From contig CAYUIS010000004.1 in NCBI GenBank assembly GCA_964444825.1, positions 482-55,140 of the forward strand: 54,659 bases of DNA, given 5' to 3'. A model generated the notes under the pieces. It searched no databases and was not told the DNA's origin. It was given only the letters and a program-made list of their open reading frames with translations. A program made the position numbers and the translations under genes. Source of the stretch: an uncultured Anaerolineales bacterium. GTDB taxonomy: Bacteria > Chloroflexota > Anaerolineae > B4-G1. Every line of letters begins with the position of its first letter. Position 1 is the stretch's first letter. This document shows positions 18,983 through 27,106 of this stretch, piece after piece.

Positions 18983-20095
18983 TTATTCCCACCGCCAGAA
19001 CCTAGCTGCCAGCACAAAGAGCACCACTAGCCATCCTCCCAGCACCCCAAAGTCCAGCCACAGCGGATGCAGCGGTGGTGCACCGGAGATGATCTGCCGC
19101 AGAGCATCGCTCAGGTAGGTGAGGGGCATAGCCGCCACCACCGGCCGGAGAAAGTCTGGCAGGATCTCAACTTCGAACAAGCTGCCTGAAAGGAACATCA
19201 TCGGGAAATTGACGATTTGCACTATTGCCATCACCCCCTCCGTCGAGGCGGCCAGGCCGGCCAAAAAGTAGGCCAGGCTGATGAACACCAGCGCACCCAT
19301 AGTCACCGCAGCGAGGAGCAGGAGCCAGTTGGTCCAGTCACCGGTGACCGTCACGCCAAAGCCGAGATACCCCACCAGCAGGAAGAGTGCTGCTTGAAGC
19401 AGTCCGACCGTCACCCGCCACGCCACCTGCGCAACCAGCAACGCGCCCGTAGTGAGTGGCGTCACACTGAGTCGCCGCAGTACCTGCCCCTCGCGTTGCT
19501 GCACCAACGGCATAGCCGTGCCAAAGAGACCCAACCAGAATAGCGCGATCCCCAGCAGGTTGGGCACGTGGAGATCGATCGGCCGCAGCGGACTGGTCTG
19601 CACACTCTTCTCCACCATCACCAACGGAGGCGGCGAACCACTAATGGTCGCGTTTGCCTCGCTCAGCAGGGCGCGCACCATTCCCAGGCCTACGCCTCCC
19701 GAGATCGACCGTGCTGGGTCGTAAAAGACCTCTACCGCAGCGGGCTCCTCGCTGGCCAACGAATCGGTCAAGTCCTGTGGAAGCAGGATGACGACGCTGA
19801 GATCCCCTTTCTTCAGTGCCTGCACCATCTCGGCTCGCGTGCCGGTGTGCAGATCGAGCACCTCCTCTTCTTCATCCGCCAGAGAGGATTCCAGGTTCGC
19901 CAGGAACTGCTCTCCGGCCGGTCCGGCATCCTCGTTCACCACGCCAAGTTCCAGGGTGACTCCGCCGCTGCCACTAAAGATCAGGCCGAAGAAAGCGGCC
20001 AGAACGACGGGCAGCAGCAACACCAGGAACGTCGCCATAGGTTCACGCATAAACTCTCTGGCGTTTGCCAGATACAGGGCTTTGATCTCCCTCAT
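18983..20095 (-). CDS. ABC-2 type exporter permease
   Basis: 370 aa; N-terminal TM, extracellular domain, 5 TMs; PMMFLSG...MPLTY motif. Confidence 0.92.
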   Translation of the reverse strand: MREIKALYLANAREFMREPMATFLVLLLPVVLAAFFGLIFSGSGGVTLELGVVNEDAGPAGEQFLANLESSLADEEEEVLDLHTGTRAEMVQALKKGDLSVVILLPQDLTDSLASEEPAAVEVFYDPARSISGGVGLGMVRALLSEANATISGSPPPLVMVEKSVQTSPLRPIDLHVPNLLGIALFWLGLFGTAMPLVQQREGQVLRRLSVTPLTTGALLVAQVAWRVTVGLLQAALFLLVGYLGFGVTVTGDWTNWLLLLAAVTMGALVFISLAYFLAGLAASTEGVMAIVQIVNFPMMFLSGSLFEVEILPDFLRPVVAAMPLTYLSDALRQIISGAPPLHPLWLDFGVLGGWLVVLFVLAARFWRWE

Positions 20096-21012
20096 GCTCG
20101 GATCCTCCTTCCAGTTACTTTGAGAAACACGTCCTCCAGCGTGGCCTGGCGGATGATCATGTCCTTGAAGGCCAGTGTGCCGGCTGTCACCAGGTCGAAC
20201 AGTCCAGCCATCGTGCGAGGTACATCGGTCGAATACAGGGTGGGGTGTCCATTTTCAAAGAGCGCCTGGGTGACACCAGGCAGTTCGGTCAGCCGTTGGC
20301 GGGGCAGATCGCCCACAGAGACGAACTCGATGGCTGTCTCCTGAAAGTGCTGGTTGATGAGCGCCTCTGGTCTATCCAGGGCGATGATCCGCCCGTGATC
20401 CATCACCGCCACCCGGTCGCACAACTGCTCAGCCTCCTCCATATAATGGGTGGTCAGCAGCACGGTCTTGCCGGTGAGCTTTAACTCGCGCACCACGTCC
20501 CACAATCCACGCCGTGCCTGAGGGTCGAGACCGGTCGTTGGTTCGTCGAGAAAGATCAGGTCAGGGTCGTTGATCAACGCCAGGGCTACGGCCAGGCGTT
20601 GCCGTTGCCCGCCGGAGAGGTCCTTGCTTGGGGTCCTGGCCTTTTCCTGCAAGCCGACCAGTTCGATCACCTCGTCGGTGGGCCGGGCTTTGGGAAAGAG
20701 ATGGGCAAAGAGTTCGACCAACTCGCGCACCGTCAACCGGGGGTACAGGCCGGTGGTCTGCAACTGTGCCCCGATTCGGGCTTTGATCTGCCGCGCCTGC
20801 GTAGCGTGGGCCATTCCCAGCAGGGTAATCGACCCCCTATCCGGCTGCCGCAGCCCGAGGATGGATTCCACCGTGGTGGTCTTGCCCGCGCCGTTGGGGC
20901 CGAGCAGGCCAAAGATCTCGCCCGCTGCGACGTCAAAGCTCACACCGTCGACGGCCACCGTGTCTCCGTACTGTTTGTACAGGTCGTTTACTGTGATGCT
21001 TGTGCGATTCAT
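20092..21012 (-). CDS. ABC-2 type exporter ATP-binding protein (DrrA/NodI-like)
   Basis: GPNGAGKTT, LSGGQRQR, FLDEPTTGLDP, TTHYMEEAE, TLEDVF. Start set at ATG 21012 after AAGGGAGG. Confidence 0.95.
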   Translation of the reverse strand: MNRTSITVNDLYKQYGDTVAVDGVSFDVAAGEIFGLLGPNGAGKTTTVESILGLRQPDRGSITLLGMAHATQARQIKARIGAQLQTTGLYPRLTVRELVELFAHLFPKARPTDEVIELVGLQEKARTPSKDLSGGQRQRLAVALALINDPDLIFLDEPTTGLDPQARRGLWDVVRELKLTGKTVLLTTHYMEEAEQLCDRVAVMDHGRIIALDRPEALINQHFQETAIEFVSVGDLPRQRLTELPGVTQALFENGHPTLYSTDVPRTMAGLFDLVTAGTLAFKDMIIRQATLEDVFLKVTGRRIRA

Positions 21013-21947
21013 AGTGTTGCCTCCCTTTTGCTCGGGTGTCCCGGCCGCCGGAGCAGATTGCGTATGGAAACGTGCCGGCGCTGTAACACCCAGGCGACGA
21101 TCCAGCCGAACAAAAAGTTCGACGATGTCACCTCCACAAAGTGTGCCCGTCGGATTGCCTCGGGCATGATCGGGTTGGGCATCAGCAGGAGAAATCCCAT
21201 CAGGACAGAGAACAGAAGGGCCACTGCCAGGTTGGATTCCCACCGTTGGCCCTCCATCATCCGGATCACGGGCAGCGCCAGGATTGCCCATATGATGCCC
21301 CGCGCCACTTGCAGGAGTGGCATCCAAGCGGGTGTTTGGAGATCCCCGTAATAGCTCTGAAATGCGTCGCCGACGAGCGGCATGAATACGAGTAAGCCAA
21401 ACGAAAAGTAGACGGCTACGTAGATGGCCCCGATTGCCAGGAGCCTCCCAATCCACCTCATCCAGCCCATGTCGGGCATCCGGTCGGGCTTCTGAGTGTC
21501 TCTAGCCCCCGTCATCTTGCCGTGGATTAGGACAGCCATGGGTGAAAACAACGCTGCTACGACGGCCCCATGGGCAAACTGGTGGGGAATCATTGCGGCC
21601 GGCATAATGTCTACCAAGTATTTGAGAAACACAACCGCCTCAATCGCCGACAGGAACGTCGTTACGCCGTATTGCACCAAAAAGATCGCTAGAATCAGCC
21701 GCCAGCCGGTCCACCGCGAGCGAACGATGGGATAGCTTAGCACGGCGGCATGGCACGCGCACACAATCAGCAGGGGCAATACCGCGTCCGCTGGGTCTAT
21801 GGACTGCACAAAGTATGTCGCTAGCTCAGCGGTGGGGATTGGCAGGACGATGCCCATCACAGTATTAGCCACCGAGTAGCACAGGAACAGGATGATGGTC
21901 AGGGCGACTATTTTGAGCCCTAGAGTAAGTTTTGCTTTGGCTTTCAT
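21009..21947 (-). CDS. Multi-pass membrane protein of unknown function
   Basis: About 8 hydrophobic segments; ATG 21947 after GGGGGA; 4-nt overlap with the ATPase gene. Confidence 0.75.
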   Translation of the reverse strand: MKAKAKLTLGLKIVALTIILFLCYSVANTVMGIVLPIPTAELATYFVQSIDPADAVLPLLIVCACHAAVLSYPIVRSRWTGWRLILAIFLVQYGVTTFLSAIEAVVFLKYLVDIMPAAMIPHQFAHGAVVAALFSPMAVLIHGKMTGARDTQKPDRMPDMGWMRWIGRLLAIGAIYVAVYFSFGLLVFMPLVGDAFQSYYGDLQTPAWMPLLQVARGIIWAILALPVIRMMEGQRWESNLAVALLFSVLMGFLLLMPNPIMPEAIRRAHFVEVTSSNFLFGWIVAWVLQRRHVSIRNLLRRPGHPSKREATL

Positions 21948-22002
21948 TCGAGTTTCCCCCCTGTATGAAATACCGCAATGATTATGTCCACTCACGTTCT
22001 TC

Positions 22003-22191
22003 CTATGCGTCCGTGTTCTGAAGAGCAGCCAGCGCGAGGGTGAACAAGCCTATCCCCAGCAGGGTGATGTGGACATCGACCGATGCGGTGTTCAGGACGC
22101 CCAGCACCACACTGGTGACGGACATTCCCAGTGCCACAGCCTTTAGCACCAGGTCGACGATTGAGCTAACGCTAGTCTTTTGGTTTTCCAT
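22003..22191 (-). CDS. Small two-TM membrane protein (62 aa)
   Basis: Strong RBS AGGAGGT; two hydrophobic helices; first gene of the exporter operon. Confidence 0.75.
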   Translation of the reverse strand: MENQKTSVSSIVDLVLKAVALGMSVTSVVLGVLNTASVDVHITLLGIGLFTLALAALQNTDA

Positions 22192-22224
22192 CCGAGTTGA
22201 CCTCCTATGTGTTGGACTTTAGTC

Positions 22225-22337
22225 ATTATACGCGCGTATGCCGGCCCGCGCATCGTCTGACTGAACATATCTGCACTTGTACCTTTGGACAGTGTACGAA
22301 GGTGCAATTGCATTCCCGTCTCTTTTTGTGGTACAAT
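22225..22337. promoter_or_regulatory. Divergent promoter region with a tandem palindromic operator
   Basis: Leftward TATAAT (22230-22225); rightward TTGCAT-N18-TACAAT with TG extension (22308-22337); TGTACCTTTGGACA (22278-22291) and TGTACGAAGGTGCA (22293-22306). Confidence 0.65.
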
Positions 22338-22353
22338 GGGCTGGAGGTTAAAA

Positions 22354-23592
22354 ATGGCACAACCATACCGGCCTTCTACTGACGAGATGACGATCCGCGA
22401 GGAAATCGCGGGGATATGGCCCTTTTTTGCATTGGTGACGCTTGTTATCGCGGGAGGCTATGTGACGGCCCTGTTCTCCCAGCGAGCTTTGCACCAGCCG
22501 CTCCGGCTGGCGATCTTTACCCTGCTGATGCTGCTGCACGGCGGTCTGTACTGGTTGGTGGGGTACTTGATCAGATACAGGCGCTGGTTGCCGATCTACT
22601 TTGTCGTGCAAGGGGCACTGGCCTTTGCCATCGGGCTTCTCACACCTGGCCATTGGTTAACGATCGCGCTCCATCTGGCCTTGGCTGGCCTCATGATCGG
22701 CGCCTTGTGGCCCAACGTGCGTGCGAGCATCCTGGCAGCGCTGATTTGCTTTGCACTCCTGGCGCTCAACCTTGGTCTCACATCGTGGGACCTGCAGGCG
22801 CTTCTCGAGTTCTTGCCACTCGTTGGGTTTATGCTGTTGTTCGTGTTTATCTATGTGGCACTCCTCGTCCATCAAGTTGAGGCCCATGAGCAGACCCAGA
22901 AGCTCTTGCGCGAACTGGAGATCGCCCATCAGCGGCTGCAGGCGTATGCCGATCAGGTTGAGGAGTTGACCCTCAGCCAGGAGCGGGAGCGGATGGCCCG
23001 CGAGTTGCACGATACGCTAGCTCAAGGCGTAGCAGGCTTGATCCTGCAACTGGAAGCGGCTGACGGTCACCTGGAGCACGGCAATTCAGCGCGAGCGCAC
23101 GCGGTGGTACAGCAAGCGATGCAGGGTGCCAGAACGACGCTGGACGAAGCACGTCGGGCAATCCAGGCGCTGCGTCCAGCGGCACTGGAGCAGGGTGACC
23201 TGGTCGATGCCCTGAAACGGGAAGTAGGTCAATTCACTACCACGACCGGCACGCCTGCCACGCTTGATATCGACGGCAGCCTGTCCGAGCTGGCGATCGA
23301 TGGTGCTCAGAATGTCCTTCGTATCGTTCAGGAGAGCCTGACCAATGTCGCCCGCCACGCCGACGCCAGTCACGTCTTGGTTCGACTGGCAGAGCGGGAT
23401 GGGTTTCTCCAGGTGATGGTCCAGGATGATGGTGTGGGATTCGATCTGGTTGAGGCGCAAGGACAGCCGGACAGATTTGGGCTGGCGGGGATGGAGGAAC
23501 GGGCGCAGCGCATAGGCGGGGTACTGCAGGTGGAGAGCGCGGCAGGGGAGGGGACCACGGTAACGCTCCAGGTCAAAGGGGAAGGGCAATGA
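22354..23592 (+). CDS. Membrane sensor histidine kinase (HisKA_3, YdfH-like)
   Basis: About 5-6 TMs; ARELHDTLAQGVAGLILQLEA, QESLTNVARHA, DDGVGF; ATG 22354 after GGAGG. Confidence 0.93.
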   Translation: MAQPYRPSTDEMTIREEIAGIWPFFALVTLVIAGGYVTALFSQRALHQPLRLAIFTLLMLLHGGLYWLVGYLIRYRRWLPIYFVVQGALAFAIGLLTPGHWLTIALHLALAGLMIGALWPNVRASILAALICFALLALNLGLTSWDLQALLEFLPLVGFMLLFVFIYVALLVHQVEAHEQTQKLLRELEIAHQRLQAYADQVEELTLSQERERMARELHDTLAQGVAGLILQLEAADGHLEHGNSARAHAVVQQAMQGARTTLDEARRAIQALRPAALEQGDLVDALKREVGQFTTTTGTPATLDIDGSLSELAIDGAQNVLRIVQESLTNVARHADASHVLVRLAERDGFLQVMVQDDGVGFDLVEAQGQPDRFGLAGMEERAQRIGGVLQVESAAGEGTTVTLQVKGEGQ

Positions 23593-24221
23593 TCCGCGTC
23601 CTGATCGCCGACGACCATATGGTGGTTCGCGAAGGGCTGCACACCATTCTGGAGGTAGCCGAGGATCTTGTTCCGGTAGGGGAGGCATCCGACGGCGCCG
23701 AGGCCGTGAGGCTGGCGGGCGAACTCTTGCCTGACGTGGTGCTGATGGACCTGCGTATGCCCAATATGGATGGCATTGAGGCTATCCGACAGATCAAGGC
23801 CCTCTATCCCAATGTAGAGATCGTTATCCTGACGACCTATGATGACGACGAGTACATCGTGCGCGGACTGCAGGCCGGGGCGCGGGGATATCTGCTCAAG
23901 GATGCTGGACGCCAGGCGCTGTTCGAGTCCATCCGGGCCGCCGCGCGGGGTGAGTCACTCCTACCATCGGCAGTGGTCGATAGGGTTGTGGCTCATCTGG
24001 CGAGGCCCCGGCCGGTCGAACAGGATACACTGTCGCAGCGTGAGCAGGAGGTGCTGGCGCTCTTGGCGCAGGGGGCGGCGAACAAGGAAATCGCGGCGCA
24101 GCTTCACATCACCGAACGCACCGTCAAAGCCCACGTGACGAGCATATTCAACAAACTCGGCGTGAACTCCCGCGCCGAGGCGGTGGCCGTCGCCCTGCGA
24201 AGCGGGCTCCTGCCTGCATAG
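23589..24221 (+). CDS. NarL/LuxR-family response regulator (YdfI-like)
   Basis: IADDH, VLMDLRMP, GYLLKD, LuxR HTH; ATGA overlap with the kinase. Confidence 0.95.
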   Translation: MIRVLIADDHMVVREGLHTILEVAEDLVPVGEASDGAEAVRLAGELLPDVVLMDLRMPNMDGIEAIRQIKALYPNVEIVILTTYDDDEYIVRGLQAGARGYLLKDAGRQALFESIRAAARGESLLPSAVVDRVVAHLARPRPVEQDTLSQREQEVLALLAQGAANKEIAAQLHITERTVKAHVTSIFNKLGVNSRAEAVAVALRSGLLPA

Positions 24222-24252
24222 CCACCGGGCTGGTTGCCGCCTTCCTATCCAC

Positions 24253-25347
24253 CTAACCCTGCCGGAAACGCAACGCGTCCGTCGGACAGACCGTGGTGCA
24301 TAGACCACACGAGCGGCACCGCGCCTTTTCGAGAATCATCTCCACTTCGGGGGTGAGGTGGCGGGCTCTGTAGGCGCACGCGGTGACACAGCGGCCACAT
24401 TGGGTGCACAGTTCTGGGTCGAAGCAAAAGTCGAGCGCGGCGGAAGGGATGGACCTCTGCAGGTGGGGTAGGGCCAGGCCGCGTAATTCCTCCAGACTGG
24501 CGTAGTGGTGCTGCTCCAGCCATCGTTCCAGGCGGACCAGTGTCTTGCCGAACCATCCCAGCCCCTGAAGCAGGGGAGCGGTGTGGACACCTACCGCTGT
24601 CGCGCCAGCCATCACCATCTCGACGGCATGTTCCGCTTGCCCTACTCCCCCGGTGCCCACTACCGGGACGTCGTGCTGAAGACAGACTTCGGCCACGGCG
24701 CGCAGAGCGACGGGGCGGATAGCACTACCCGACAGCCAGGCGAAAGAGCCCAGCATCGGTTGCCCGGTCTCGACGTCCACCCGCAGTGCCGGGCCGATGG
24801 AGTCGATGGCGGTCACGCCGTCGGCGCCGGCCTGCAGGCATCCATCCACCACCCCTGCGAGGTCGGGCCAGTTGGCGCTGACCTTGATCAGGACGGGGAT
24901 CGTGACGTTCCGCTTCGCCGCTGCCACCATCGGCGCGGCATCGCGTGCCTGGTAGGAGACCAGTTCCAGCATATCGGCCCCGGCCGCGGCCAGAGGCGCT
25001 GCCAGTTGTTCCACCTCGGCAGGCGTGTGACCAGTGCTGGCGATGATGACCCTGTTCTGGAGAGCATTGTCCCTGTCAGCAAGAGTGGGCAGTTCCTCTT
25101 CGATCCACTGCAAAGCCGATAGATCGGACCAGCCCTCGGTGTTGAGCATACTCCCGCGTCCTGCCGCGGCGATGTGGGGCATAGGGTTGGTCGTCGCCTC
25201 AGGACGGATGGTCTTGGTGACCACTGCTGCCGCACCGGCGTCAAATGCTGCCTGAATCGCTTCCGCGTTCCAGGAGAGCGGGCCGGAAGCCAGGACGAGG
25301 GGGTTCGGTAGTCTAATGCCGCATAGGGCTACAGTCAGGTCAGACAC
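24253..25347 (-). CDS. Dihydroorotate/dihydropyrimidine dehydrogenase (PreA)-like FMN protein with C-terminal 2x[4Fe-4S], copy 1
   Basis: LPNPLVLASGP, VVTKT, LSGSAIRPVAL, GTGGV, CTQCGRC...CRSCGLCTTVCP. GTG 25347 follows AAGGAGG. The catalytic Cys loop is missing. Confidence 0.85.
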   Translation of the reverse strand: MSDLTVALCGIRLPNPLVLASGPLSWNAEAIQAAFDAGAAAVVTKTIRPEATTNPMPHIAAAGRGSMLNTEGWSDLSALQWIEEELPTLADRDNALQNRVIIASTGHTPAEVEQLAAPLAAAGADMLELVSYQARDAAPMVAAAKRNVTIPVLIKVSANWPDLAGVVDGCLQAGADGVTAIDSIGPALRVDVETGQPMLGSFAWLSGSAIRPVALRAVAEVCLQHDVPVVGTGGVGQAEHAVEMVMAGATAVGVHTAPLLQGLGWFGKTLVRLERWLEQHHYASLEELRGLALPHLQRSIPSAALDFCFDPELCTQCGRCVTACAYRARHLTPEVEMILEKARCRSCGLCTTVCPTDALRFRQG

Positions 25348-25438
25348 TGTGCCTCCTTGCTGCTTCAAGTGTCAGAGCTTCAGGTTATCGTGAATGGCTC
25401 GACCAAGAACCTGAGGCCCGGAAACAGATGACCCTGGA

Positions 25439-26764
25439 TCACGTCCGCCACAGGTGAACTGCTGCCTCAACCGCTCGTGCCCGCACCCTCGCCTCATCTA
25501 CGCCGATCACGTCCCCGTCCTTGAGGAGCCAGCGTCCAGCGCACATCACGCCACGCAGGTCTGAGGGGTTCCGCCAGAGGAGCAACTGATCGGCCAGGTT
25601 GTGGCGGGCCAGGGGGGTAGGTAGGTCGGCGGCGATCAGTAAGAGATCGGCCTGGTTGCCGAGGGCCAATGTCCCCAGGTTTTCGAAACCCAGTGCCCGA
25701 GCGCCGTTCTGTGTCGCCATTGTCCACACGGTGTCCGCTGGCATCGTGCCCGGGTCGAGCAGCCGGGCCTTTGGGATCAGAGCAGCGGCCCGCATCACCT
25801 CGAAAAAGTTATTGACATAACCATCGGTGCCCAGGGTGACGTTGACACCGGCAGCCAGCATCTCCGGAACGGGGGCAAAGCCGCCGCCCACTTCGCAGTT
25901 GGAAAGCGGCTGATGGGAAACGTGCACACCATTCTGAGCCAGGATAGCGATCTCAGCGGCGTCGATCTGCACGCATTGGGAGGCCAGCACGTGGTCACCC
26001 AGGACGCCCAGTTGGCCATAGTAGGCAACAGGCCGCAACCCAAAGTGGGACAGGCAGTATTCCGGCTCATAGGTTCCCTCAGAAAGGTGCATGTGCACTT
26101 TTGCACCCCGTTCTGCAGCCAGCCCAAAAGCACGCCGGATAAAGTCAGCGGAGCAGGTGAAGGTGGTGTGAAAGCACATCATTCCAGAGACCAGCCCGTC
26201 CCGTTCTCGGCAGGCGTCGATAAGGTCGGCGTTTTCGCGCAGACCCAGCTCGCCGTTCTCCGCACTCACCCGCTGGGTGGCCTCGAAGGAGAGCACGCCC
26301 CGCAGCCCTCGGCGGCGCACAATCTCAGCCTCCACCTCCAGCGCACCCGGCAGGGCATAGGGGGCTTCCAGGCAGTCATAGAACGTGGTGACGCCGGAAC
26401 GGACCATCTCCAGGCAGGCCCAATCGGTTGCGGCCGCGATGAGGTCGTGGGTCAGGCTGTCCTCGACCCGGGGCCACCAATAGTCCTCCAGGAATGGCCA
26501 AAAGCCAGCAGGAGCCTCCTCCAGCGGGATGCCGTGGGCCAGAACGCCGTACATATGATGATGCGCGTTGACAAAGGCGGGTGTGAGGATACAATCCTTC
26601 GCCTCCACGACGGCGGCATTTGGGAAACGGGCGCGCAGGTCGGCGTGGGGGGCAACAGCAACTATACGCTCATCTTGAACAGCTACGCCCCAACCCAGGT
26701 GGGGTGGCTGCGTCGTGTCAGCCCAGAGCATATGGCCCAAGATCAATGTCGTAAGCGTACGCAC
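25439..26764 (-). CDS. Metal-dependent amidohydrolase (SsnA/MtaD/deaminase-like), copy 1
   Basis: NAHHH, HMHLSE and LGTDG motifs. GTG 26764 fits the RBS AGGAGGT better than 26770. Confidence 0.88.
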   Translation of the reverse strand: MRTLTTLILGHMLWADTTQPPHLGWGVAVQDERIVAVAPHADLRARFPNAAVVEAKDCILTPAFVNAHHHMYGVLAHGIPLEEAPAGFWPFLEDYWWPRVEDSLTHDLIAAATDWACLEMVRSGVTTFYDCLEAPYALPGALEVEAEIVRRRGLRGVLSFEATQRVSAENGELGLRENADLIDACRERDGLVSGMMCFHTTFTCSADFIRRAFGLAAERGAKVHMHLSEGTYEPEYCLSHFGLRPVAYYGQLGVLGDHVLASQCVQIDAAEIAILAQNGVHVSHQPLSNCEVGGGFAPVPEMLAAGVNVTLGTDGYVNNFFEVMRAAALIPKARLLDPGTMPADTVWTMATQNGARALGFENLGTLALGNQADLLLIAADLPTPLARHNLADQLLLWRNPSDLRGVMCAGRWLLKDGDVIGVDEARVRARAVEAAVHLWRT

Positions 26765-26790
26765 TCTCACCTCCTAATACCCAATCTCCG

Positions 26791-26816
26791 GTAGGGGCCG
26801 CCCTTGTGGCGGCCCT
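26791..26816 (+). repeat. GTAG-type REP-like hairpin
   Basis: GTAGGGGCCGCC-CTTGT-GGCGGCCCT: GTAG followed by a GC-rich palindrome, intergenic. Confidence 0.6.
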
Positions 26817-26821
26817 CGGCG

Positions 26822-27106
26822 TCATCCCCCGGCGATGGCCGGGAAGAGCATCAGTTCGTCGCCGTCGGACAGCGGATCGTCGAACCGCTTGTGGGGCACC
26901 AGCTTTCGATTGCGAAATACGACCAGGTGGGACACGACATTTCCCTGCGGTGAAAAAAGCATCTGCTTTAGGTGAGGGCCGTGACGGTCTGCCAGGTATC
27001 CCAGCCCGGCGCGTAGCGACGTCCCCTCGTGCAGGGTGATGGTCTCCTGTTCAATGCCCGCGCTCCGGCGGAGCATATTGTGGTAGCGTATGCTGACGGT
27101 GATCAT
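26822..27106 (-). CDS. MoaD/ThiS-family sulfur-carrier (ubiquitin-like) protein, copy 1
   Basis: About 94 aa ending LSDGDELMLFPAIAGG; ATGA overlap with the AOR stop. Confidence 0.9.
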   Translation of the reverse strand: MITVSIRYHNMLRRSAGIEQETITLHEGTSLRAGLGYLADRHGPHLKQMLFSPQGNVVSHLVVFRNRKLVPHKRFDDPLSDGDELMLFPAIAGG

